From Eledone cirrhosa (taxonomy: Eukaryota), in the NCBI GenBank assembly GCA_964016885.1, contig OZ024744.1:12958001-13022000 (forward strand): 64,000 bases of DNA, given 5' to 3'. A program made the translations under genes and the position numbers. Positions 41,810 to 54,600 of the stretch are shown here, one piece after another. Each line of letters starts with the position of its first letter. Position 1 is the stretch's first letter. The notes below the pieces were generated by a model, which searched no databases, had not been told where the DNA came from, and saw only the letters and a program-made list of their open reading frames with translations.

Positions 41810-44800
41810 TCTAAATTGAGAGATCACAACTCCCATACTATGGCCATGTGTTTAGAATGTCTCAGATGATCAGAGTGTCACTCCAGTTAAAACCACTCTC
41901 TAAATTGAGAGATCACAACTCCAATACTATGGTCATGTGGTTAGAATGTCTCAGTAGATCAGAGAGTCACTCCAGTTAAAGCCACTCTCTATATTAAGAG
42001 ATCACAACTCCAATACTATGGACATGTGGTTAGAATGTCTCAGTAGATCAGAGAGTCACTCCAGTTAAAGCCACTCTCTAAATTGAGAGATCACAACTCC
42101 CATACTATGGACATGTGGTTAGAATGTCTCAGTAGATCAGAGTGTCACTCCAGTTAAAGCCACTCTCTAAATTGAGAGATCACAACTTCCATACTATGGA
42201 CATGTGGTTAGAATGTTTCAGTAGATCAGAGAGTCACTTCGGTTAAAGCCACTCTCTAAATTGATAGATCACAACTCCAATACTATGGTCATGTCGTTAG
42301 AATGTCTCAGTAGATCAGAGAGTCACTTCGGTTAAAGCCACTCTCTAAATTGATAGATCACAACTCCAATACTATGGTCATGTCGTTAGAATGTCTCAGT
42401 AGATCAGAGAGTCACTCCAGTTAAAGCCACTCTCTAAATTGAAAGATCACAACTCCAATACTATGGACATGGTGTTTGAATCTCTCAGTAGATCAGAGTG
42501 TCACTCCAGTTAAAGCTACTCTCTAAATTGAGAGATCACAACTCCAATACTATGAACATGGGGTTTGAATGTCTCAGTAGATCAGAGAGTCACTCCAGTT
42601 AAAGCTACTCTATAAATTGAGAGATCACAACTCCAATACTATGGACATGGGGTTTAAAAGACTCAGTAGATCAGAGTGTCACTCCAGTTAAAGCTACTCT
42701 CTAAATTGAGAGATTACAACTCCAATACTATGGACATGGGGTTTGAATGTCTCAATAGATCAGAGAGTCACTCCAGTTAAAGATACTCTCTAAATTGAGA
42801 GATCACAACACCATTACTATGGACATGTGGTTAGAATGTCTCAGTAGATTAGAGTGTCACTCCAGTTAAAGCTACTCTCTAAATTGAGAGATCACAACAC
42901 CCATACTATGGACATGTGGTTAGAATGTCTCAGTAGATCAGAGAGTCACTCCAGTTAAAGCTACTCTCTAAATTGAGAGATGACAACTCCAATACTATGG
43001 ACATGGGGTTTGAATGTCTCAGTAGACCAGAGTGTCACTCCAGTTAAAGCTACCCTCTAAATTGAGAGATCACAACTCCAATACTATGGACATGGGGTAT
43101 GAATGTCTCCGTAGATCGGAGTGTCACTCCATTTAAAGCTACTCTCTAAATTGAGAGATCACAACTCCAATACTATGGACATGGTGTTTGAATGTCTCAG
43201 TAGATCAGAGAGTCACTCCAGTTAAAGCTACTCTCTAAATTGAGAGATCACAACTCCCATACTATGGACATGGGGTTTGAATGACTCAGTAGATCAGAGA
43301 GTCATTCCAGTTAAAGCTACTCTCTAAATTAAGAGATTACAACTCCAATACTATGGACATGGGATTTGAATGTCTCAATAGATCAGAGAGTCACTCCAGT
43401 TAAAGCTACTCTCTAAATTGAGAGATCACAACACCATTACTATGGACATGTGGTTAGGATGTCTCAGTAGATTAGAGTGTCACTCCAGTTAAAGCTACTC
43501 TCTAAATTGAGAGATCACAACTCCCATACTATGGACATGTGGTTAGAATGTCTCAGTAGATCAGAGAGTCACTCCAGTTAAAGCTACTCTCTAAATTGAG
43601 AGATGACAACTCCAATACTATGGACATGGAGTTTGAATGTCTCAGTAGATCAGAGAGTCACTCCAGTTAAAGCTACTCTCTAAATTGAGAGATGACAACT
43701 CCAATACTATGGACATGGAGTTTGAATGTCTCAGTAGATCAGAGAGTCACTCCAGTTGAAGCTACTCTCTAAATTGAGAGATCAGAACTCCCATACTATG
43801 GATATGGGGTTTGAATGTCTCAGTAGGTCAGAGAGTCACTCCAGTTAAAGCTACACTCTAAATTGAGAGATCACAACTCCAATACTATGGACATGGGGTA
43901 TGAATGTCTCACTAGATCGGAGTGTCACTCCAGTTAAAGCTACTCTCTAAATTGAGAGATCACAACTCCAATACTATGGACATGGGGTTTGAATGTCTCA
44001 GTAGATCAGAGAGTCACTTCAGTTAAAGCTACTCTCTAAATTGAGAGATCACAACTCCAATACTATGGACATGGGGTTTGAATGTCTCAGTAGATCAGAG
44101 AGTCACTCCAGTTAAAGCTACTCTCTAAATTGAGAGATCACAACTCCCATACTATGGACATGTGGTTAGAATGTCTCAGTAGATCAGAGTGTCACTCCAG
44201 TTAAAGCCACTCTCTAAATTGAGAGATCACAACTCCCATACTATGGACATGGTGTTTGAATGTCCCAGTAGATCAGAGAGTCACTCCAGTTAAAGCTACT
44301 CTCTAAATTGAGAGATTACAACTCCAATACTATGGACATGGGGTTTGAATGTCTCAATAGATCAGAGAGTCACTCCAGTTAAAGCTACTCTCTAAATTGA
44401 GAGATCACAACACCATTACTATGGACATGTGGTTAGGATGTCTCAGTAGATTAGAGTGTCACTCCAGTTAAAGCTACTCTCTAAATTGAGAGATCACAAC
44501 TCCCATACTATGGACATGTGGTTAGAATGTCTCAGTAGATCAGAGAGTCACTCCAGTTAAAGCTACTCTCTAAATTGAGAGATGACAACTCCAATACTAT
44601 GGACATGGAGTTTGAATGTCTCAGTAGATCAGAGAGTCACTCCAGTTAAAGCTACTCTCTAAATTGAGAGATGACAACTCCAATACTATGGACATGGTGT
44701 TTGAATGTCTCAGTAGATCAGAGAGTCACTCCAGTTGAAGCTACTCTCTAAATTGAGAGATCAGAACTCCCATACTATGGACATGGAGTTTGAATGTCTC

Positions 44801-47800
44801 AGTAGATCAGAGAGTCACTCCAGTTGAAGCTACTCTCTAAATTGAGAGATCAGAACTCCCATACTATGGACATGGGGTTTGAATGTCTCAGTAGGTCAGA
44901 GAGTCACTCCAGTTAAAGCTACTCTCTAAATTGGGAGATCACAACTCCAATAGTATGGACATGGGGTATCAATGTCTCAGTAGATCGGAGTGTCACTCCA
45001 GTTAAAGCTACTCTCTAAATTGAGTGATCACAACTCCAATACTATGGACATGGGGTTTGAATGTCTCAGTAGATCAGAGAGTCACTCCAGTTAAAGCTAC
45101 TCTCTAAATTGAGAGATCACAACTCCAATACTATGGACATTGGGTTTGAATGTCTCAGTCGATCAGAGTGTCACTCCAGTTAAAGCTACTCTCTAAATTG
45201 AGAGATCACAACTCACATACTATGGACATGTGGGTAGAATGTCTCAGTAGATCAGAGAGTCACTCCAGTTAAAGCCACTCTCTAAATTGAGAGATCACAA
45301 CTCCAATACTATGGACATGTGGTTAGAATGTCTCAGTAGATCAGAGAGTCACTCCAGTTAAAGCTACTCTCTAAATTGAGAGATCACAACTCCCATACTA
45401 TGGCCATGTGTTTAGAATGTCTCAGATGATCAGAGTGTCACTCCAGTTAAAACCGCTCTCTAAATTGAGAGATCACAACTCCAATACTATGGTCATGTGG
45501 TTAGAATGTCTCAGTAGATCAGAGAGTCACTCCAGTTAAAGCCACTCTCTAAATTAAGAGATCACAACTCCAATACTATGGACATGTGGTTAGAATGTCT
45601 CAGTAGATCAGAGAGTCACTCCAGTTAAAGCCACTCTCTAAATTGAGAGATCACAACTCCCATACTATGGACATGTGGTTAGAATGTCTCAGTAGATCAG
45701 AGTGTCACTCCAGTTAAAGCCACTCTCTAAATTGAGAGATCACAACTTCCATACTATGGACATGTGGTTAGAATGTTTCAGTAGATCAGAGAGTCACTTC
45801 GGTTAAAGCCACTCTCTAAATTGATAGATCACAACTCCAATACTATGGTCATGTCGTTAGAATGTCTCAGTAGATCAGAGAGTCACTTCGGTTAAAGCCA
45901 CTCTCTAAATTGATAGATCACAACTCCAATACTATGGTCATGTCGTTAGAATGTCTCAGTAGATCAGAGAGTCACTCCAGTTAAAGCCACTCTCTAAATT
46001 GAAAGATCACAACTCCAATACTATGGACATGGTGTTTGAATCTCTCAGTAGATCAGAGTGTCACTCCAGTTAAAGCTACTCTCTAAATTGAGAGATCACA
46101 ACTCCAATACTATGAACATGGGGTTTGAATGTCTCAGTAGATCAGAGAGTCACTCCAGTTAAAGCTACTCTATGAATTGAGAGATCACAACTCCAATACT
46201 ATGGACATGGGGTTTAAAAGACTCAGTAGATCAGAGTGTCACTCCAGTTAAAGCTACTCTCTAAATTGAGAGATTACAACTCCAATACTATGGACATGGG
46301 GTTTGAATGTCTCAATAGATCAGAGAGTCACTCCAGTTAAAGATACTCTCTAAATTGAGAGATCACAACACCATTACTATGGACATGTGGTTAGAATGTC
46401 TCAGTAGATTAGAGTGTCACTCCAGTTAAAGCTACTCTCTAAATTGAGAGATCACAACACCCATACTATGGACATGTGGTTCGAATGTCTCAGTAGATCA
46501 GAGAGTCACTCCAGTTAAAGCTACTCTCTAAATTGAGAGATGACAACTCCAATACTATGGACATGGGGTTTGAATGTCTCAGTAGACCAGAGTGTCACTC
46601 CAGTTAAAGCTACCCTCTAAATTGAGAGATCACAACTCCAATACTATGGACATGGGGTATGAATGTCTCCGTAGATCGGAGTGTCACTCCATTTAAAGCT
46701 ACTCTCTAAATTGAGAGATCACAACTCCAATACTATGGACATGGTGTTTGAATGTCTCAGTAGATCAGAGAGTCACTCCAGTTAAAGCTACTCTCTAAAT
46801 TGAGAGATCACAACTCCCATACTATGGACATGGGGTTTGAATGTCTCAGTAGATCAGAGAGTCATTCCAGTTAAAGCTACTCTCTAAATTGAGAGATTAC
46901 AACTCCAATACTATGGACATGGGATTTGAATGTCTCAATAGATCAGAGAGTCACTCCAGTTAAAGCTACTCTCTAAATTGAGAGATCACAACACCATTAC
47001 TATGGACATGTGGTTAGGATGTCTCAGTAGATTAGAGTGTCACTCCAGTTAAAGCTACTCTCTAAATTGAGAGATCACAACTCCCATACTATGGACATGT
47101 GGTTAGAATGTCTCAGTAGATCAGAGAGTCACTCCAGTTAAAGCTACTCTCTAAATTGAGAGATGACAACTCCAATACTATGGACATGGAGTTTGAATGT
47201 CTCAGTAGATCAGAGAGTCACTCCAGTTAAAGCTACTCTCTAAATTGAGAGATGACAACTCCAATACTATGGACATGGAGTTTGAATGTCTCAGTAGATC
47301 AGAGAGTCACTCCAGTTGAAGCTACTCTCTAAATTGAGAGATCAGAACTCCCATACTATGGACATGGGGTTTGAATGTCTCAGTAGGTCAGAGAGTCACT
47401 CCAGTTAAAGCTACACTCTAAATTGAGAGATCACAACTCCAATACTATGGACATGGGGTATGAATGTCTCACTAGATCGGAGTGTCACTCCAGTTAAAGC
47501 TACTCTCTAAATTGAGAGATCACAACTCCAATACTATGGACATGGGGTTTGAATGTCTCAGTAGATCAGAGAGTCACTTCAGTTAAAGCTACTCTCTAAA
47601 TTGAGAGATCACAACTCCAATACTATGGACATGGGGTTTGAATGTCTCAGTAGATCAGAGAGTCACTCCAGTTAAAGCTACTCTCTAAATTGAGAGATCA
47701 CAACTCCCATACTATGGACATGTGGTTAGAATGTCTCAGTAGATCAGAGTGTCACTCCAGTTAAAGCCACTCTCTAAATTGAGAGATCACAACTCCCATA

Positions 47801-50800
47801 CTATGGACATGGTGTTTGAATGTCCCAGTAGATCAGAGAGTCACTCCAGTTAAAGCTACTCTCTAAATTGAGAGATTACAACTCCAATACTATGGACATG
47901 GGGTTTGAATGTCTCAATAGATCAGAGAGTCACTCCAGTTAAAGCTACTCTCTAAATTGAGAGATCACAACACCATTACTATGGACATGTGGTTAGGATG
48001 TCTCAGTAGATTAGAGTGTCACTCCAGTTAAAGCTACTCTCTAAATTGAGAGATCACAACTCCCATACTATGGACATGTGGTTAGAATGTCTCAGTAGAT
48101 CAGAGAGTCACTCCAGTTAAAGCTACTCTCTAAATTGAGAGATGACAACTCCAATACTATGGACATGGAGTTTGAATGTCTCAGTAGATCAGAGAGTCAC
48201 TCCAGTTAAAGCTACTCTCTAAATTGAGAGATGACAACTCCAATACTATGGACATGGTGTTTGAATGTCTCAGTAGATCAGAGAGTCACTCCAGTTGAAG
48301 CTACTCTCTAAATTGAGAGATCAGAACTCCCATACTATGGACATGGAGTTTGAATGTCTCAGTAGATCAGAGAGTCACTCCAGTTGAAGCTACTCTCTAA
48401 ATTGAGAGATCAGAACTCCCATACTATGGACATGGGGTTTGAATGTCTCAGTAGGTCAGAGAGTCACTCCAGTTAAAGCTACTCTCTAAATTGGGAGATC
48501 ACAACTCCAATAGTATGGACATGGGGTATCAATGTCTCAGTAGATCGGAGTGTCACTCCAGTTAAAGCTACTCTCTAAATTGAGTGATCACAACTCCAAT
48601 ACTATGGACATGGGGTTTGAATGTCTCAGTAGATCAGAGAGTCACTCCAGTTAAAGCTACTCTCTAAATTGAGAGATCACAACTCCAATACTATGGACAT
48701 TGGGTTTGAATGTCTCAGTCGATCAGAGTGTCACTCCAGTTAAAGCTACTCTCTAAATTGAGAGATCACAACTCACATACTATGGACATGTGGGTAGAAT
48801 GTCTCAGTAGATCAGAGAGTCACTCCAGTTAAAGCCACTCTCTAAATTGAGAGATCACAACTCCAATACTATGGACATGTGGTTAGAATGTCTCAGTAGA
48901 TCAGAGAGTCACTCCAGTTAAAGCTACTCTCTAAATTGAGAGATCACAACTCCCATACTATGGCCATGTGTTTAGAATGTCTCAGATGATCAGAGTGTCA
49001 CTCCAGTTAAAACCGCTCTCTAAATTGAGAGATCACAACTCCAATACTATGGTCATGTGGTTAGAATGTCTCAGTAGATCAGAGAGTCACTCCAGTTAAA
49101 GCCACTCTCTAAATTAAGAGATCACAACTCCAATACTATGGACATGTGGTTAGAATGTCTCAGTAGATCAGAGAGTCACTCCAGTTAAAGCCACTCTCTA
49201 AATTGAGAGATCACAACTCCCATACTATGGACATGTGGTTAGAATGTCTCAGTAGATCAGAGTGTCACTCCAGTTAAAGCCACTCTCTAAATTGAGAGAT
49301 CACAACTTCCATACTATGGACATGTGGTTAGAATGTTTCAGTAGATCAGAGAGTCACTTCGGTTAAAGCCACTCTCTAAATTGATAGATCACAACTCCAA
49401 TACTATGGTCATGTCGTTAGAATGTCTCAGTAGATCAGAGAGTCACTTCGGTTAAAGCCACTCTCTAAATTGATAGATCACAACTCCAATACTATGGTCA
49501 TGTCGTTAGAATGTCTCAGTAGATCAGAGAGTCACTCCAGTTAAAGCCACTCTCTAAATTGAAAGATCACAACTCCAATACTATGGACATGGTGTTTGAA
49601 TCTCTCAGTAGATCAGAGTGTCACTCCAGTTAAAGCTACTCTCTAAATTGAGAGATCACAACTCCAATACTATGAACATGGGGTTTGAATGTCTCAGTAG
49701 ATCAGAGAGTCACTCCAGTTAAAGCTACTCTATGAATTGAGAGATCACAACTCCAATACTATGGACATGGGGTTTAAAAGACTCAGTAGATCAGAGTGTC
49801 ACTCCAGTTAAAGCTACTCTCTAAATTGAGAGATTACAACTCCAATACTATGGACATGGGGTTTGAATGTCTCAATAGATCAGAGAGTCACTCCAGTTAA
49901 AGATACTCTCTAAATTGAGAGATCACAACACCATTACTATGGACATGTGGTTAGAATGTCTCAGTAGATTAGAGTGTCACTCCAGTTAAAGCTACTCTCT
50001 AAATTGAGAGATCACAACACCCATACTATGGACATGTGGTTCGAATGTCTCAGTAGATCAGAGAGTCACTCCAGTTAAAGCTACTCTCTAAATTGAGAGA
50101 TGACAACTCCAATACTATGGACATGGGGTTTGAATGTCTCAGTAGACCAGAGTGTCACTCCAGTTAAAGCTACCCTCTAAATTGAGAGATCACAACTCCA
50201 ATACTATGGACATGGGGTATGAATGTCTCCGTAGATCGGAGTGTCACTCCATTTAAAGCTACTCTCTAAATTGAGAGATCACAACTCCAATACTATGGAC
50301 ATGGTGTTTGAATGTCTCAGTAGATCAGAGAGTCACTCCAGTTAAAGCTACTCTCTAAATTGAGAGATCACAACTCCCATACTATGGACATGGGGTTTGA
50401 ATGTCTCAGTAGATCAGAGAGTCATTCCAGTTAAAGCTACTCTCTAAATTGAGAGATTACAACTCCAATACTATGGACATGGGATTTGAATGTCTCAATA
50501 GATCAGAGAGTCACTCCAGTTAAAGCTACTCTCTAAATTGAGAGATCACAACACCATTACTATGGACATGTGGTTAGGATGTCTCAGTAGATTAGAGTGT
50601 CACTCCAGTTAAAGCTACTCTCTAAATTGAGAGATCACAACTCCCATACTATGGACATGTGGTTAGAATGTCTCAGTAGATCAGAGAGTCACTCCAGTTA
50701 AAGCTACTCTCTAAATTGAGAGATGACAACTCCAATACTATGGACATGGAGTTTGAATGTCTCAGTAGATCAGAGAGTCACTCCAGTTAAAGCTACTCTC

Positions 50801-53800
50801 TAAATTGAGAGATGACAACTCCAATACTATGGACATGGAGTTTGAATGTCTCAGTAGATCAGAGAGTCACTCCAGTTGAAGCTACTCTCTAAATTGAGAG
50901 ATCAGAACTCCCATACTATGGACATGGGGTTTGAATGTCTCAGTAGGTCAGAGAGTCACTCCAGTTAAAGCTACACTCTAAATTGAGAGATCACAACTCC
51001 AATACTATGGACATGGGGTATGAATGTCTCACTAGATCGGAGTGTCACTCCAGTTAAAGCTACTCTCTAAATTGAGAGATCACAACTCCAATACTATGGA
51101 CATGGGGTTTGAATGTCTCAGTAGATCAGAGAGTCACTTCAGTTAAAGCTACTCTCTAAATTGAGAGATCACAACTCCAATACTATGGACATGGGGTTTG
51201 AATGTCTCAGTAGATCAGAGAGTCACTCCAGTTAAAGCCACTCTCTAAATTGAGAGATCACAACTCCCATACTATGGACATGTGGTTAGAATGTCTCAGT
51301 AGATCAGAGTGTCACTCCAGTTAAAGCCACTCTCTAAATTGAGAGATCACAACTTCCATACTATGGACATGTGGTTAGAATGTTTCAGTAGATCAGAGAG
51401 TCACTTCGGTTAAAGCCACTCTCTAAATTGATAGATCACAACTCCAATACTATGGTCATGTCGTTAGAATGTCTCAGTAGATCAGAGAGTCACTTCGGTT
51501 AAAGCCACTCTCTAAATTGATAGATCACAACTCCAATACTATGGTCATGTCGTTAGAATGTCTCAGTAGATCAGAGAGTCACTCCAGTTAAAGCCACTCT
51601 CTAAATTGAAAGATCACAACTCCAATACTATGGACATGGTGTTTGAATCTCTCAGTAGATCAGAGTGTCACTCCAGTTAAAGCTACACTCTAAATTGAGA
51701 GATCACAACTCCAATACTATGAACATGGGGTTTGAATGTCTCAGTAGATCAGAGAGTCACTCCAGTTAAAGCTACTCTATAAATTGAGAGATCACAACTC
51801 CAATACTATGGACATGGGGTTTAAAAGACTCAGTAGATCAGAGTGTCACTCCAGTTAAAGCTACTCTCTAAATTGAGAGATTACAACTCCAATACTATGG
51901 ACATGGGGTTTGAATGTCTCAATAGATCAGAGAGTCACTCCAGTTAAAGATACTCTCTAAATTGAGAGATCACAACACCATTACTATGGACATGTGGTTA
52001 GAATGTCTCAGTAGATTAGAGTGTCACTCCAGTTAAAGCTACTCTCTAAATTGAGAGATCACAACACCCATACTATGGACATGTGGTTCGAATGTCTCAG
52101 TAGATCAGAGAGTCACTCCAGTTAAAGCTACTCTCTAAATTGAGAGATGACAACTCCAATACTATGGACATGGGGTTTGAATGTCTCAGTAGACCAGAGT
52201 GTCACTCCAGTTAAAGCTACCCTCTAAATTGAGAGATCACAACTCCAATACTATGGACATGGGGTATGAATGTCTCCGTAGATCGGAGTGTCACTCCATT
52301 TAAAGCTACTCTCTAAATTGAGAGATCACAACTCCAATACTATGGACATGGTGTTTGAATGTCTCAGTAGATCAGAGAGTCACTCCAGTTAAAGCTACTC
52401 TCTAAATTGAGAGATCACAACTCCCATACTATGGACATGGGGTTTGAATGTCTCAGTAGATCAGAGAGTCATTCCAGTTAAAGCTACTCTCTAAATTGAG
52501 AGATTACAACTCCAATACTATGGACATGGGATTTGAATGTCTCAATAGATCAGAGAGTCACTCCAGTTAAAGCTACTCTCTAAATTGAGAGATCACAACA
52601 CCATTACTATGGACATGTGGTTAGGATGTCTCAGTAGATTAGAGTGTCACTCCAGTTAAAGCTACTCTCTAAATTGAGAGATCACAACTCCCATACTATG
52701 GACATGTGGTTAGAATGTCTCAGTAGATCAGAGAGTCACTCCAGTTAAAGCTACTCTCTAAATTGAGAGATGACAACTCCAATACTATGGACATGGAGTT
52801 TGAATGTCTCAGTAGATCAGAGAGTCACTCCAGTTAAAGCTACTCTCTAAATTGAGAGATGACAACTCCAATACTATGGACATGGAGTTTGAATGTCTCA
52901 GTAGATCAGAGAGTCACTCCAGTTGAAGCTACTCTCTAAATTGAGAGATCAGAACTCCCATACTATGGACATGGGGTTTGAATGTCTCAGTAGGTCAGAG
53001 AGTCACTCCAGTTAAAGCTACACTCTAAATTGAGAGATCACAACTCCAATACTATGGACATGGGGTATGAATGTCTCACTAGATCGGAGTGTCACTCCAG
53101 TTAAAGCTACTCTCTAAATTGAGAGATCACAACTCCAATACTATGGACATGGGGTTTGAATGTCTCAGTAGATCAGAGAGTCACTTCAGTTAAAGCTACT
53201 CTCTAAATTGAGAGATCACAACTCCAATACTATGGACATGGGGTTTGAATGTCTCAGTAGATCAGAGAGTCACTCCAGTTAAAGCTACTCTCTAAATTGA
53301 GAGATCACAACTCCCATACTATGGACATGTGGTTAGAATGTCTCAGTAGATCAGAGTGTCACTCCAGTTAAAGCCACTCTCTAAATTGAGAGATCACAAC
53401 TCCCATACTATGGACATGGTGTTTGAATGTCCCAGTAGATCAGAGAGTCACTCCAGTTAAAGCTACTCTCTAAATTGAGAGATTACAACTCCAATACTAT
53501 GGACATGGGGTTTGAATGTCTCAATAGATCAGAGAGTCACTCCAGTTAAAGCTACTCTCTAAATTGAGAGATCACAACACCATTACTATGGACATGTGGT
53601 TAGGATGTCTCAGTAGATTAGAGTGTCACTCCAGTTAAAGCTACTCTCTAAATTGAGAGATCACAACTCCCATACTATGGACATGTGGTTAGAATGTCTC
53701 AGTAGATCAGAGAGTCACTCCAGTTAAAGCTACTCTCTAAATTGAGAGATGACAACTCCAATACTATGGACATGGAGTTTGAATGTCTCAGTAGATCAGA

Positions 53801-54600
53801 GAGTCACTCCAGTTAAAGCTACTCTCTAAATTGAGAGATGACAACTCCAATACTATGGACATGGTGTTTGAATGTCTCAGTAGATCAGAGAGTCACTCCA
53901 GTTGAAGCTACTCTCTAAATTGAGAGATCAGAACTCCCATACTATGGACATGGAGTTTGAATGTCTCAGTAGATCAGAGAGTCACTCCAGTTGAAGCTAC
54001 TCTTTAAATTGAGAGATCAGAACTCCCATACTATGGACATGGGTTTTGAATGTCTCAGTAGGTCAGAGAGTCACTCCAGTTAAAGCTACTCTCTAAATTG
54101 GGAGATCACAACTCCAATAGTATGGACATGGGGTAGCAATGTCTCAGTAGATCGGAGTGTCACTCCAGTTAAAGCTACTCTCTAAATTGAGTGATCACAA
54201 CTCCAATACTATGGACATGGGGTTTGAATGTCTCAGTAGATCAGAGAGTCACTCCAGTTAAAGCTACTCTCTAAATTGAGAGATCACAACTCCAATACTA
54301 TGGACATGGGGTTTGAATGTCTCAGTCGATCAGAGTGTCACTCCAGTTAAAGCTACTCTCTAAATTGAGAGATCACAACTCACATACTATGGACATGTGG
54401 GTAGAATGTCTCAGTAGATCAGAGAGTCACTCCAGTTAAAGCCACTCTCTAAATTGAGAGATCACAACTCCAATACTATGGACATGTGGTTAGAATGTCT
54501 CAGTAGATCAGAGAGTCACTCCAGTTAAAGCTACTCTCTAAATTGAGAGATCACAACTCCCATACTATGGCCATGTGTTTAGAATGTCTCAGATGATCAG
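41810..54600. repeat. HOR domain 3: 40-mer (3560 bp), near-identical copies, one copy shortened to a 23-mer
   Basis: AGATACTC at 42781, 46341, 49901, 51948. CTACACTCTA at 43851, 47411, 50971, 53018. TTGGGAGATC at 44931, 48491, 54098. Spacings are 3560, 3560 and 2047 bp (5607 = 40+23 monomers). Confidence 0.9.
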
